A model generated the notes under the pieces. It was not told the origin of the DNA and made no database searches. It saw only the letters and a list, made by a program, of their open reading frames with translations. This document shows positions 12,758-26,902 of a DNA stretch of 64,000 nt, one piece after another. Location: positions 15,066,001 to 15,130,000 of the forward strand of contig CM060733.1 in NCBI GenBank assembly GCA_030704615.1, read 5' to 3'. Within the stretch, counting starts at the first letter, position 1; every line of letters starts with the position of its first letter. The translations under genes and the position numbers were made by a program. This DNA comes from Takakia lepidozioides. Lineage: Eukaryota; Plantae; Bryophyta.

Positions 12758-14065
12758 GGTATTGCTAAGTAGCAATAGCGTTCCCCTTTGGTTAAGGCCA
12801 AATTCACACTGATGTATCAAGGCTCTTCACTGCATACTTAAGTTGGTGTAGTGCTTATTGAGTACCAATGTGCTCGAGTCACATTCAGAATCATAGAGCT
12901 TATTATAGGAGCTGCCCTCATTAGATGACACTTGGGGTTGGATGTCAGAGGTTGGTGGGGTCAAATATGGGAGAGATTTATTTATTAGAATGTGCATGAT
13001 GCCGGCCAGAGCTGTCATCGAGTGCCCTCTTGACAGGAGGGCCACTTCCTATTGGTAGGAGGCGGGATTTATTCATCTTACTTTAGTAATTGTCCTGGCA
13101 ATCTCACAAGTAATTTCACCCTGTGGTCAGGATCTTTTAAGCATGGCGTCTGTTCCAGTCTCCATTCTCGGCCCTTTACTGTTTGTCTGTCTGCTCTTTA
13201 ATATCTGTACTCTCAATTTCTTTCAAGTGCAGTTATACTCTCACGGCAAGCTCAATAGGATGAATTAAACACGCAAGGTGCATGCTACTGTGCTTAACAG
13301 TGTGGATAAAAGCAGTTTGACAAAGCCTCATCAAGCAATGGTTGCAGTGGCTGCTGCACAGCTTGGGTTTTTTGAAGTTCATTGGATAAGCTGGAAAACT
13401 TTGAAGTTTATGAAGAGATGCATACTGTGTAGATGCATCACTCCAAGCTCCTCTCCGCCCACTGGGTGCCTGTTCTGACTAACCAGCATAGTGTTGACCT
13501 GGTAGCCAAACCACAAGCCTTTCAGCTGCCTTCCTGACATGCATAGCACAGCTTGTAAGTGGAGGATTGATTGATACTTAGAATGCTGCCAACAGCACTG
13601 ACTGCTGCCAGGTTAGAACTTACCATGAGAATGGATACCTAGCATTTTGCAGAAATTGTTAGGTGAATCACCCTTCCGGAACCAAGTTTCAGATTTAGAA
13701 AATGGCATTGTCTCAGCTATAAGTAGTGCACAGACAGAGTCTTCAGCTACTGACAAAGAAATCTGAGTCTACAGTCTCCGCATTCAACAAAACCTTATTT
13801 TCAAATGAACATGGCAGTGCCCCATACAATGGCCCTATTCCAGGTGCTGCAGCCTTCTGTGTAATATAAATATGAGCCGGGGCTTCACTGCAGCGAAAAT
13901 TAAGTGTCAAAGACATTTATATAACTAGAGTCCACAACCTCCACTCTAATTACTTTTCGTCTTGATTCTTCTTTCTCATCTGTGGTGAAACTTGGTCAGA
14001 AGAGGGCAGTGTCTCCTTTGTAAGCCTTCATGGCTCTTTGGCAAGGTTATTTTTTCCTTGTGAGA

Positions 14066-15545
14066 TTTTATTTTATTTTTATTTATTTTTATTTATTTTT
14101 ATTTATTTTTTCCCGATGGAAGGGCCAAAGATAAGTTATTAATAAACAAGGAAAAAATAACCGCGGACAACAATCTATGAGGAAGAGAAAGGGGGCACCG
14201 CCCCATACCAAAAACCTAAGACATCTGCAGAAAACTATGGATGAGTAGGTCCGCAAGGGGGCTAGGGGGGCGTAGAAGGTGTGTTCTAGTGTTTAGAGGA
14301 GTCAAAAGAAAGGTGGGCCTTCAACTTGCCCTTCCTAAGAGCATCCCCACCCTACACTGAACGCAACACGCCAATGGAATATCATGGTGTGGTGGGCGGG
14401 AAAACGTCCACACCCTTGCACTGAACCCTTATCCCATGAAAAACGGGCACTGAATATCGTTATGTGCACTGAACCCGAGCACCGTGTTCAAGGATCCGAA
14501 TACGCCCCTGAATCCAAGTCAACGTGACCATGCCCAGGTCTAGCACGTGCATGTCAGCAGCTTGGCAACAAGCACGGGCCTCCTGCCAATGGGAGCCGAG
14601 CTGCGCAGGGATAGTGTGGGCAATGTAAGGGCAAGGGTGTGCGCGAGGAGGGGATGCCTCGCCACAGAACCCAACAGGCCTTGAATCGATCACGTAATTT
14701 TGGCAATACAGGGAGCCCTTCGGGCTCAAGGGTGGGGATGCTCTAAGGGTACGCTTGTAACGCCAGTTGGCGTCAAATTCTTTTTGTTTTGCCGATTGAC
14801 GGGCACTAAGAAAGTTGGCAATATGCCGGGAAGCAGTTGTCCCAGATAGAGAGACTCTTGTACATAAGCGCCCGCCTTTTCCCCACGCAGTTATCAAAGC
14901 CAGTGAATAGCTGCATTCTCCTTCTTTCTGCACAGCTGCACACAAGACACGCCATGCTTTTTTTGCTTTAGACATAATGTCTGAGTGAACTCTATGTTGC
15001 ACTAATCTGGCACATGGTCGCCACCCCACATAGACAAAAGAGCATCTACTTTTCCAGATATTACAAAGGGTGTGAGCTCTAAGAGCAGCCCATACAGGGC
15101 ATGAGCTCCAAATAACACCCCTGTCCATGTCAAGGAGCAACACAGAGCTTTGAAAAGAGAAATACGAACACCAGGTGGCATAGAACTTGCTTACCGAAAA
15201 CCAAATGAAGGAATCCAAAGAACAGTCAAGCAGGCAATGCTTAATCGTATCAGAACATCCAGAATTACACAAGGAGCAGGATTGGGTGGAGTCAGAAATG
15301 AAAGAGAACACATGAAGAATACGGTTGACTAGCTTCCAAAGAATCCCACTGATTTTAGCCGCTCTATCCTTCCTCCACACGTCCTTCCAGATAGGCTACC
15401 AATTGACAAGAAAGGAAGGCAAGTGTCTCCACTTGGAATTCCACTTAGTAGAGAAAAGCACCGGAGGTCTTAAGAGGGAGTAGCCGAGTTTCACCAAGTA
15501 AGCAAAGAAGGGGTGATGATCATGCTCACAATTTATTGGGCCATC
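14066..15545 (-). mobile_element. L1-type LINE 3' segment with A-rich tail
   Basis: ORF 14460-15380 has a zf-RVT-like motif (LWKLVNRIL...CSLCNSGCSDTIKHCLLDC...IWKSRC). The minus-strand 3' UTR ends ttaataacttatctttggcccttccatcggg followed by an A-rich tail (T-rich on + at 14066-14111). Confidence 0.75.
14339..14743. mobile_element. PIF/Harbinger (Tourist-like) MITE nested in the LINE
   Basis: Perfect 15-bp TIR GAGCATCCCCACCCT / AGGGTGGGGATGCTC. TAA target duplication at 14336-14338 and 14744-14746. Length 405 bp. Confidence 0.8.
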
Positions 15546-15669
15546 TGGTGGGTCACGACTTAACGGATCATTAATGTTGCGATGTTGTTAAAAGTATGAC
15601 GCCTCCCGAAGGGAGCGTAACTTATGGTGTCACTTGACCCCGAAGGGCTACTGCCTTCCAGCATGCGAT

Positions 15670-16620
15670 GATGTTATTCAAAAGCTCAAAAAGAAGCTTA
15701 ACTACTGGCATTTTCGCTCTCTATTGTTGGGAGAGCCCTAGTGGTCAACCAGGTGTTGCTGGCTTCTGTTTGGTTTACTGCCTCTGTGTGGTCTCCGGGT
15801 TCTTCCATTGTTAAACAAATCAAATCCTTGTAAGGAATTTCCTTTGGGGGCCACTTTTGCCTCTCCTTCCCATAGGGCCCTTGTCAGATCACCCAAAAGA
15901 AGAAGTTTGGAGGCTTGGGCATTTATTGACCTTTTTGCGCCTGGATTGTTTCTCTTAATCTCGCCAAATGGGTCCCCGTGATGTTAACCAACTTGTCCTC
16001 CCCTTGGAGTCTGCTGATCCGCAACCACGTCCTTTGTCAGTCCGTTGTCAGGCAACTGGCCTCAATCCCTTCGATGGATTGTCCATGGATCGAGATCTTC
16101 CAGAGCTAAGCCTTTGGGATCTATAGCATGGCAGACAATATGGGCAGCATAGATCCGCGTTCGCCACTTGCTCACTCAATCTTCCCCTTCCACGGTTGAG
16201 AAGACCCTGCGCCAACCTCTTTTCGGTAATTATAACTCTGGTTCCGAGGTTTTTTTGTCTTTCTCCAAGAGGTGGGCTTCTTGGGAGAGTGTTGGGATCT
16301 CTCATTTCTGCCATGCATATTTGGGATTCAGATGCTTTCCTTCCGAAGGCTGTGGCCACTCACTCTCTTCCAACCAGAAAAGCTGCTGCTTGGAAACTAT
16401 TGGTAGACGAGATCCCCTCCCGTCAAACTTCCATATGTTTCTACCTAACTGGTCTTCGGCCTCTCCCAGTCTGGCTAGGGAAAGGTGGATCTGACTCCTG
16501 TCTTAAGGCTTTTTACACTGTCTCTCGTGATTCCCGCGCTATGGTTGGTTGGGAGTTTAAGGTGGCTCGGGATGGGATGCTATTTCACCCACAGTACAGT
16601 ACTCATTTGCTGAGGAACGC
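15670..16620 (+). mobile_element. Degenerate L1 ORF2 segment (post-RT region), inverted relative to the 3' segment
   Basis: Reads KLKKKLNYWHFRSLSIVGRALVVNQVLLASVWFTASVW...RNFLWG...FGGLG..QPLFGN, which are typical L1 ORF2 C-terminal-half motifs, with frameshifts. Confidence 0.7.
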
Positions 16621-16667
16621 CTAACTCCCAGATGTCCACTGTAGACAGCACCGAACTGATGTGTTTT

Positions 16668-17700
16668 TAAGGGCCACTTTCCATGTGAACCCTTTCCCAT
16701 TTGTTGACATCATCCAAGATGGGGTTGACCAAGAGTTCCATCTATTGACTATTTGGATGGTCCTTCCATGTGCAACCCTGATAAATCCAAACCCGTTGTG
16801 CTGTGTTTACAAGGGCTCTTGTTACGTAGCTTTAAACTAGCTACGTGACTGTGTCGCGGCCCTCGCCTTGAGGTCAGGGGGTTGGGACACAAAAGGGGGC
16901 TGCCCCTGTGATGGGGGCAATGACAACAATAAATACGGGGGTTGAAGCACCGTTGAGTGCCCAAGGCACTCAAGGAGGCAGAGGCGCTCACTAGGTGGAA
17001 CCCCGTACACCGGGTTGCGGTGGTGGTAGTTCCACGAGGGGTGGTGGTAGCTTAGTGGGACTTAGTGGGGGTGGCATAGGACTCACCATGGGGCAGAGAC
17101 CTTGTGGTGGGAGTCGTGGGGAGTCTTGGGACTCATCACGGTCCAATGGGGCCGTGATGGGTGGGCCAAGACTCACTGAGACTCATCACCGGGAATCGAG
17201 GGTTTTCGTGGTGGTTCGCCATAAAAGGATGGTGTTGTTTGTGAAACCCCCGCAGACAGTCACAAAAGTATATATAGGGAGTAGTAACCCCGAGAACAGT
17301 GCAAGCCCGTTGGTGACCAAAAACTAGTGAGTAAGCGTGCGAGCCGGAAAGCGACTAAGGTGTGGGGAGCTGCCAATAACGAAAGGGAATTTCCACTAGG
17401 CCCAAATTGAGAGATGGTCTTGTGGAGGAGCAAAGGGGGACCGTTATGTCCCGGTGAGCAGCCGAAGCTCCGAGTTGGCCCGGCGGCCAGTTTGGAAGTT
17501 AGACGCACGCATCAAGGCGAGTAACTATGACTTGAAGGGGAGCTTACCGAAGTGAGGTGCGCGACACTTACTGTGCAGAATGGAAGCAAGTAAGGGCCCT
17601 TTCCATGTGAACCATTTCCTGTTTGCTAGCATCTATCTAAGATGGGGCACCAAGGGTTCCATCCAACGACTATTTGGATGGTCGTTCCATGTGCAACCCC
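16668..17700 (+). repeat. Two ~110-bp direct repeats (16671-16778 and 17594-17700), possibly left ends of Harbinger-type elements
   Basis: Both begin taa|gggcc(a/c)ctttccatgtgaacc and end gactatttggatggtc.ttccatgtgcaaccc. Matching right termini were not found. Confidence 0.5.
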
Positions 17701-19137
17701 ATATCCAGGCATGACTATGCAATGGGTTCTTGTGGCGGATGATGTGAATCGGGAATTTGTCGGATTTAATCCGAATGCTATATCCGTGGCATAAGAGATC
17801 ACGCTTAGCACCGATACTTGCGATTAAGTTCCGAATAGATCAAGACAGGTTTGTAATGAGAATGTTTCATCCATATCTATAAATAAACGAGATCCTTGGA
17901 TGAATAGCATGCATGCGTGAGTACGTCTACTAACCATCGCATGCCGATATTCTCTCCCCAAATAAGACAATGATTTGTACTTCCTGTATCGTATTTGCTC
18001 TCATTGAAGTTTCTGATCCTCATACTAGTGGAAGACCTCTTTGAGGACAGTTGAGTCTCCCATGGATCTCATAGTAAAGAAGGCAGGAAAACGAAGAAGT
18101 GAAAAAAAAAATAACGGCCTCTACAGTGGTTATTTTTTCCACTATTGTGACTATTTATTTTAATTAGTTTGATTAATAGGGCCTTCGTCCCCTTTCCTTA
18201 AAAAAAATGAAAAGGAAAAAAAAAAAACAGAGCAGGAGAGAATGAAGGTAGTTTTTGGGGCAATTTCTGCATTAAGTGATTGGAAAGAACATGAAGGCTC
18301 CATAGCCTCAACTCAACCAGCAGGAGGACTTGCATCACAAGTCACAACAGTTTGTTGGTACTAATCTCTTAAATGAGAGAACTTTATGTTTTTTTTTTTT
18401 TTTTTTTTCCTATAATAAAAGTGTGTCATATCATAACAGCACTGCCGCGCCTGAACAAAAAAAAAAAATGCATGGAATTCATGCAAGCCCTGCCGTAATT
18501 ATGAATAGGTAGTAAAAATCTGGAAGATCACATAATTAGTCTAAACATCAAGGTAACAGGATTTGAGCCCTGAATCACCGAGGTGGCATGCACGGTAATA
18601 TCCAATGGACTTTCATTTATGGCATGCACAAGAAGTTGAACGATGTCGTTCATTAAAAGACAGAAAATTCTCTTGACAACTGTCTTGATCGAATTGGAAG
18701 TCTAACCGGAAGTATGGGTGCTAAAGCAGCTGAAACCCATTGCGTAGTCCTGCCTTAGGAAGGCAGGGCCAATAAACAAACAAAAAAAAAAAAAAAACAG
18801 TGGCAGCCTGAACGTAGTAGGGTTGCAATTTACCGAAAGTTTAGGCCTGCAGAAATTGAAGATTGAGGTTTGAACTATGAACCTGCATGCAGAGGGAAAT
18901 GTAAAGAGAGAGTAATGGTGGTGGTGGTTGTCGCGGGGTGATGGTGCAGTGCGGTCTTACGTGTCGCGCAAGACAAGACAAGGACGAGCCTAAAAGTGCA
19001 GAGCAGAAGGGGATTCTTCGCAACCAAGTTATGGGCTTGCCACAAACCGTTGCTGCCTTCTTGCATCTTCGCGTTCGTTGAGCCCTAGACCTAGGTCTGC
19101 ATACACAGATCCTTTCGTTGCGGAGAGGGCGCTGGCC

Positions 19138-22100
19138 ATGGCAGCAGTCGGCGCGGATTCGGCGCTCAGTCGGCGCATTGTGAGATCTTTTGTTCAGTTC
19201 TTGAGCTCAGGTATGCACTCAATCGATGTTCCTTTTCTTTCTTGCTCCCAGCCGTGCCTTTTGGCAAGATCGTTCGTTTATTCCTACGCTTGCTTTGTAT
19301 TGGCGTCCGCATGCTGATCGCTCAGTAACGGCGCTGCTTTTAACAGTCTGTTTTGGAGCTTGGGTAGAATTCGAAGTAGTTGGAGTCTTGAACCTTCTTG
19401 AACGCGCTCAATCGGGAATGATACTTTACATTTTGAAGTTTGTCGACATTAGAAGATCTAAGCCGCAATTCTCATTTCCCCATCTTGAGCGTCTGTCTAC
19501 ATGTTAAGAATGCAAAAATTTGTGCCGACTCGAGGTCTTGGTGGACTTCTGACTGCTAAGATAATCTGTTCAAAGCACGCAGAATGATTCTTGATTGATT
19601 GTAGTTTTGGACCTTAGGGTGTGGTTATGGAAAAAAAATTCCTTATCGATTGCGGCAGGGGTCTGATCTGATGGAACACTAAAGAACCATAAATGTTTTT
19701 CAAGCAAAGCCACAGTGATTAAATCAAATGGCAGTGTACAGCTATCCAATTTTCTAAGTTTAGCAAAACTAAGAAAACAGCTGCTAGTGGCTTGATAAGC
19801 AACTAGATGGATGTGGACCTAAATGGAGCTGATTTTGACGGCTCCTCCTTCTGGCTGGTCAAAGGGTTCACATAATGTGGGAGCCTGAGCCTTCTGGAAT
19901 TATGTACAGAGGATGTGAACCTATTACACCCTTCAGAAATGCACCTAGTTTTCACTCTTGCACACCTTTTTGTGTTCTATGCAATTTCATGCACTCTGCT
20001 TGCTTTGGAATCTGTTTCTTCCAAAAATAGTTGGCTGTTTTCTGAACGAAGTTACGCCAGGGGAAATAATTGGGAAGCTTGTTGGGTGTTGCTGAAGATC
20101 AGATGCTTCAGTGCTTACCCAGTGCTGTTCATATGATGCCCTACCTGCCTGTCTTTGTAATCTGACTTTGAGAGGCCACCCTTTGTCTTCTCGTGTGTTT
20201 GTTCTGTTTCTGTTTGCCTAAATCCCCTGCCTGTGCTTGATGAATATAAAAGTTGGTGGCAGTGTTTGGTTTGCTTGTCCATGCTGCATCCCCTCTGTCG
20301 ATATTCAGTTGCAGAGAAGATACATGACTGAGTTGACTCACTGATAGTTATGCTTTAATATGTGATGCAGTGGAAGTACCACCAGGTGTTGACACGGAAG
20401 GTCTTGAAGTAGCTGCCCAGTGTCTGTCTGAGGTTTTCAAACTCCATCAACCTCAAGATGGAGATGACAGCAGCTCGCTCCCTTCATTGCTTGACTTGTT
20501 TACAATAAACCAATCAGACCTGTTGAGTTTGCCAGACAGATCAATACGAGCAAGGACAGATGCTGCAACAGAGCCCATGTCAGTGTCTCCTTCAGGGTCG
20601 CCTTTCATGCCATCCACATCTGACGCAAATCAGAGTGCAAGTAAACATGTGGTAAATGGGTAGACTTTATGGACCTGAAGCTATAATTGCAGGGTCAAGG
20701 CACAACTTTGGTTTCCAACTAGTACACAGTTGGAGGCTTGATTGATTTTATTGACTGTCTAGCATGAGGTGAAAGGCATCTCCAGACCATAAAATTTTGG
20801 AACCTATTTGTTAAATTCAACCAAAGCACATTCCTCTCATTGGATGCCACTGCTGTTTGGACACTTACATCATAGATGTAGGACACATGAGAACTAAAAC
20901 TTTGAGAGCATGTTTTCTCAGAGAAGGGCAAGGTGGTGCTGTTGGTTCTACCAATATTTGTCCAACTGAAATGGTGTTACTGTTCTTTTTTTTTATTGGT
21001 GGGGCAGAGTGTGCGGACAGAAGGAGAGTACACCACTGCAGGTATACCCTTAAATGCAACATCCTGGTTTTCCTGACCCGATACTTGTAATCAAGATCAC
21101 AAAGTTAGGTTCTAACTTGTACTTGTGCAGCATTGGTTACCTATTTATATTGTATAGAGTTGTTACTCTGTATCTGCATAGATGGTCTTATTTTGGGACT
21201 CCTGTGGCAAGGGTATCCATTTTGTTTTTCATTATGTATCCAGAGCTTTTTGGAGAGGGAGTTTGAGTTTGAGTAAGACTTGGTAGCAACACTGAGCTCA
21301 GGGGACTTTCAGTGGATTGGTTTATCTGCTGAGACCAAGGATTGTTTATTTGGAACACAATGATGATGGGGCAGGGACGCCAAGCTATTCTGCTGATGAA
21401 CTGTTTGAACAATTCAAGGAAGGCCTAGACTTGTCAGGGTACTTCGATGGGCTTACCAAGGATTCCCCGGAGTATTCAAATCGAGTGAAACAGGCTAAAA
21501 TTGCATTCGAAGACTCTTTGAAGGCATGTATTAAGACTCGTCAACTGTTACACCTTAAGGTTTTACTCAATATTAAACATTTTTCACCACCATACTATCA
21601 ATATCAGTGCAGGAGCAACATGAGGGGTTTTGGCTGCTTTATTTTATGGGAGCTCCAGTTGGTAGTCTCATTGCTTGATGGAGTTGATTTTTGAGCATGA
21701 AGGAAATTGGCCACTACAAGTGTTGCTCAGTGGTCATTATTTAACCTGGTGCTAACCACTGAGCTCTTTGGTCTGAACAGAGGTGGGAAGGCAACACATT
21801 CGGGTCTTCTGATTTGGAGGATGCACAGGTTCTCGCCGAAGCTTTTAAAGTGCAAGGTCTCTTATCTCTCGTTCTTTCCTGTTGTCCTAGTTGATGTGTA
21901 CATGTCTCTCTGTCATTTCTCTCTACCTTCAAGTGCTAGCAGCTTACCTGCGTGAAGCACTCTGTCATGTCGAGTGATTTGTTTGTTTGATTTCCATTGT
22001 TGTTCTACATGTCGCACTGGCCCTTGGCTTCCAATGGATGTATTAAGTTCTTTTCTCTCTCTCCTTTATCTTGATGGTGGGTAAGGTTTTGGTAACACCA

Positions 22101-24735
22101 CTGAAGTATTCCTAATCCTGTTATTCTGTTAGGAATTTTTTGCCTAGAATGGAATGGGATAATGGGAAATGGGTTATGGTTCTCCCTAGGTCCTAACCTA
22201 AAGCAGCTGTCCTACATGGTCAGAAGAGAGGCCACCCTAAAGCCCTGGCTTCCCATATTAATACATCCTTCATGTTGTTTTTCTTTGGCTGAAGGCAACA
22301 CATCCATGAAAGAGCAGCGATTTATTGAAGCCATTCAACTGTATACTCTCGCCATTTCCCTGTGCAGTAACAATGCCATTTTCTATGCAAACAGGTAATG
22401 TTGGGCTAAAACTTTGTTTATTATTTCAAGGTATGCACTATGATGAGTGTCATTGACTCTGCTAAGGCCAGCTTAGCTCCATGATGATACATTGTCGCCA
22501 ATCTCTTGATAATGAATGCTGACAAGGGTAATCTACCCATGCGGTGTGGAACTGTGGCGCCCTTCACTGAAAGGAGGAAATAGCCTGGGGGTTTGCCTTA
22601 AATCTTTTCTCTTGTAGCCTGGTATGCTTTTGGGTGTACTGCCTTCCTGTGGTTTATTTTGTGATTTACTATAGAATGTGTCTTTCTAAGGACTCTACTA
22701 GTGCTTTGCCTCCTGAGTTGTTTTCGTTATGTGCCTCTCCAGGGCGGCAGCACACTCAGAAATTGGCAAGTTTGAGGAGGCAATAGCCGACTGCGAAAAA
22801 GCCATAGAGATCGATCCTGATTACAGCAAAGCATACAGCCGTCTGGGTTGGGTGTACCACGCGCAAGGTCGTTTCAAAGAGGCCATTGACAAGGGGTTTC
22901 AAAAAGGTCAGTTTCGGATGTAGCCGGCATCTTTGGGAAGGCAAGTTTGTATCAGGAAATTGACTTTGAGATTCGGTCATGGATGGCTTCACGGGGTTTT
23001 AGAGACCACTTCTTTTTTAGTGTCCAGTCAGATTTTCCTGCTTCTTCAGTGTGTCACTAATTGCACATCATTTGAACAGTTGACAATTCTACTGCATTTC
23101 AGTTCATTCTCTTGCCTTTTTCGTGCACGATTGCTATGAGAGGGTTCTCTTTGTGGTCTTTTGGAGACTTGATGTTCCTGTTGATATTCAGCAAGAAGGT
23201 CGAACGTCAAATCAAGATATGTACTCCATTGGAAAATCTTACTTCAAGGAAATAGAGAGCTTCCTAAAACTTCCCTTGGCACAAGTGAAAATAGATAATG
23301 CAGGCCACTTCGGGGATGCTTTTGTGGATAGTGTCAAGACTTCTGCATCTTTTGTAACAATAGTCATCAATGGTCATTTGATGTGCGCACTACTATGGTG
23401 TCTTTCAGCACTGGAGCTGGATCCCAATAACATCACAGCCAAGGAGAATGTGCTGGTACGTCCACTCCCCTCTTTACTGTCAGTTAGTTGTTGGCCCTTG
23501 ACCCAAGGTAGAGGCAGCATGTTCAATTATGAAGATAGTATGATCTTCAAATGAAAAATTGTTTTGTCATTACTGGGTGAACTCAAGTGTCAAGCTTTTG
23601 TGGGCAAAGCCCTGGCTTGCTTGTCGTAAGGCACCCACATTAGGGCTTAAGAGGTAGCACACATCAGCATCTGTAAGTACGCTGGAAGAGCAAGACGATA
23701 AAACTTTGCTACCACAGAGGTAGAAGCTTGCGCCTGAGAACCATGGCTTGAGATAATGTGTTCTTTCTCTATCCCAGGCAGCACAACAGAAACTGATGGA
23801 GCAGCAACAACAGCAGCGACAGGATCCCAACCGACCTGGTCAGGTGTGTGAGCTCATATTATATCTCATAACCATTTTGGTCCCTGGGTTTTTCGGGCCC
23901 TATCATGGAAGGTTTACATGACTTACACGCTCTGCTGCTGCTTCTTCCTTTTTCTTTCTCCGGGACAAGGATGGTAGCTTCATAAACATTGATGAGTTGT
24001 TACTTGATTAATTTCAAACTAGTTCGTGGTTATCAACAATTGACTGCATTGTACCGAGGAACATCACCCATGGAGGGGCCAAGTCAGGTGGGGTTAGTTG
24101 AAGCAATCTGGCTGTGATAGCTAAAACTGGCCTTGGTGCTGCTCAAGTGTTAGGTCTAAAACTCTTATATCCAGGGCAGAAGAAGAAAGGAACAGAAGAA
24201 TATTGGCATAGATAGAAGTGCACCTGATGCTTGTGATTGGTTGTAAATCTATCACTTGAGTTGTCATTCGGCTCGAATGTCTTGACTTAACGGATTGAAA
24301 ACTAATTCTGAACCAGCGATCTCAACTAATCAGCAGGGTGCAATACCTGCATTTGGAGGGCAATTGCCCGGACATATGCAGCTGCCGCCGGAGATGGCCA
24401 ACCTAATTCCAGGCATCATGAACTTGGCAGCCCAGCTAGGCCAAAGGCAACAAGCAGAGAATTTTCCGCAGGGTGCAGCTACTGGTGTAAACCAGGATAA
24501 TGGTGTCGACCATGAAAATTTGGATGAAAACATTCAGGTGGATGGAACGATCAACATCACTATCAATGGAGAGGAAGTACCTCCGCAGTTTGCTGGGCTG
24601 ATGCAATCTGTCTTCTCTATGTTCGGGGCGCCACAGCCACAGCCTCAGGCCCAACCACCTTACTCAAATAGGCCAGCGCCTGGCCCTGGCCATAATCCAG
24701 AACAAGGTCCACCTGCAGGACTGGGTGACAACTAA
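19138..24735 (+). CDS. SGT/SGTA-like small glutamine-rich TPR co-chaperone
   Basis: N-terminal dimerisation domain MAAVGADSALSRRIVRSFVQFLSS|VEVPPGVDTEGLEVAAQCLSEVF. TPR exons LAEAFKVQG|NTSMKEQRFIEAIQLYTLAI..NAIFYANR|AAAHSEIGKFEEAIADCEKAIEIDPDYSKAYSRLG..|ALELDPNN. Q/P-rich last exon ends at 24735. Confidence 0.9.
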
Positions 24736-26016
24736 TCGTTGGATGTATCAAGGTATCACTAGGTATAAGTTTTGAGTTTTGTTTGGACGTGGAAAAAAGT
24801 CCCTGTCTAGTTATGTGGGCCATATGCAGTCTGTTCTGATCATGTGGAAGTGAAATCTGATGCTCCTGACCTTATTCATGTTGTATTCTCCCGTACTGGA
24901 TCTGAGGTCACCTGGCAGCAAGAGCCAAGGCTGGATGAGGGAGTTCGGAAAACCTAAGCTATTTTTATAAAGTAGCTCTTGGACCAACCATAGGTTGTGG
25001 CCTTCAAGCCTTACCAAGGAAGGTTTACGTGGAGAGACCTGTGCAAGTATATTATGGGCCACCAACCATTGTTAAATTTTAGCGAGAATCTCAAAATGTG
25101 GTCGCAAATCATGCTCAGTACTGATTGTAATGACAGTAATCACAATGAGCACAGGCTTGTGGCTTTGCCTGAAGGTACTACCTGTGGATAGACATGAACC
25201 CAAGCATTTGGCTTATTGCAAGTGGAGATTGGAGACATATGGCTCTCTTCCATTTGGGATGGGGTTGGGTTGCAAGAGGACTACTGTAAAAGAAACTTTC
25301 AGGGCTTTCATCCTTCTGCCATTACCTTATACTCTCTTGTGGCAAGTTGTGTGCACTCTATGGTAGCATGGTCCTTGGCATATTTCACAGTAGTACAGCA
25401 TTATGAGAAGGGCTCATCCCAACCCCAAAAGGGTGCAGTACCTCCGAGGAGAAGGGCTCTTGTTTATGCTTTTTTTTGGAGGAATCTTCTGATTCTCTCA
25501 GGAGCTCAGTGTATCTTCCGTCTTTTTAATTCTGATACAAAATGTTAAAGTCGTCTTAGGGATTTTATTATCGATCATAGATGATGCAAAGGACTTGTTA
25601 TCCTCGCAGTCAGTCAAACTTATCATCATGAAAACGTTGTTGGTATCTGTGAGAGATTACTAATACTTTTGAGCTTTTCTATCATCCAGGAATGACTTCA
25701 CCCACCAACTTGACAGAAGTGACTGGCTGCTGGCCTAAAGAAGCACCCTTCTGGTCCTGGCTTGGTGTGGACTAACCCACCCACCTTCATTGATATTGGG
25801 CCCTATTGGAAGTGACTTGTTTGATATTGGCCCCTACACTCTGACTGCCAGATTCTTGTTTGACATTTCTTGTGGTGGATGTGGGTGCCCCACCATTAGA
25901 ATTGGTCTCCAGCTACCCAATTCCTTTGGGCAAATAATTTTGGGGAGTACCAGGAACTTACACACCCTGCCTTGTATTGGAACTTACCTCTACTCCCAAC
26001 AATGGGCAATGGGCAA

Positions 26017-26156
26017 TGGACAAGGGAAGAGGCTCTTATTTACATTGGCTTTCGACTCTTTCTTTTTTCTTTCTTCCTAGTGCCCAAGGCCCATTGGACA
26101 AGGGAAGAGGCTCTTATTTACATTGGCTTCTTTTCTCTTTCTTCCTAGTGCCCAAA
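26017..26156 (+). repeat. Tandem duplication of a ~70-78 bp unit
   Basis: tggacaagggaagaggctcttatttacattggctt...tttcttcctagtgcccaa occurs twice. Confidence 0.85.
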
Positions 26157-26902
26157 TAGTGTGAACAAGCCGCCGCAACTGACCATTGAAGTTCACACAC
26201 CATGGGGCTTTGAACCGATATTCAAACATGGTGGCAGGCAAGGCAACAACTAACAGTGGAGCTCTGATACTGTGCAAGATCACGGAATGCCATGTCACAC
26301 CCCTTGACTTGTACCAGGGCTGGACGTCGGAGTCGCCTCTTATGGGTCCCACTGTGGCCGGCCAATGGGAATGGGCCCAAGTGACACGGGGGTGTACGAG
26401 AAACAGACCACATAACCACTGACTCTCGTCTTTCATTCCGACCACTTGTTCTCCTCCATCGTAGCCACCTGGTCTCGCGTTTCGTCGTCCTGCCTGAGAG
26501 ATTCTTGTAAGCTCTGTGTTGCTTGGTGTTGTAATCTTCCTTTGATGTGGCTTGGAGCTTTCAAGTTTCGAAGGCTCGTCTGCGGTCAACACAGGCATCT
26601 AAGAATTGAGCTGCCTGCGGTAGACTCATCTTTCCAAGTTATAAGCAGCTGGAGCGGTAGCCTGGAGGATTTGTATCTGTGTAGTAGAAGAGAAGACTGG
26701 AAGTTCTTGATCTTCCTCCTTGCACGTACTCTTTGACACAGTACCGCACTAGACACACAGTCGTTTTACAAGGCTTTCTGAATTTCTCCGTGGATGCTAT
26801 GCCTCCTGTTTTACCTATCTTTGCCTTGAGATTGACGGTCGCAGAGACACCGGCTTGACTTGTTTCCCTCGAGAATCAGGTAGAGAATCTCATTCTTTTA
26901 CC

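Noticed and set aside
14460-15380. 306-aa ORF as a host gene
   Set aside because: It is a LINE zf-RVT remnant reading through by chance into an inserted MITE.
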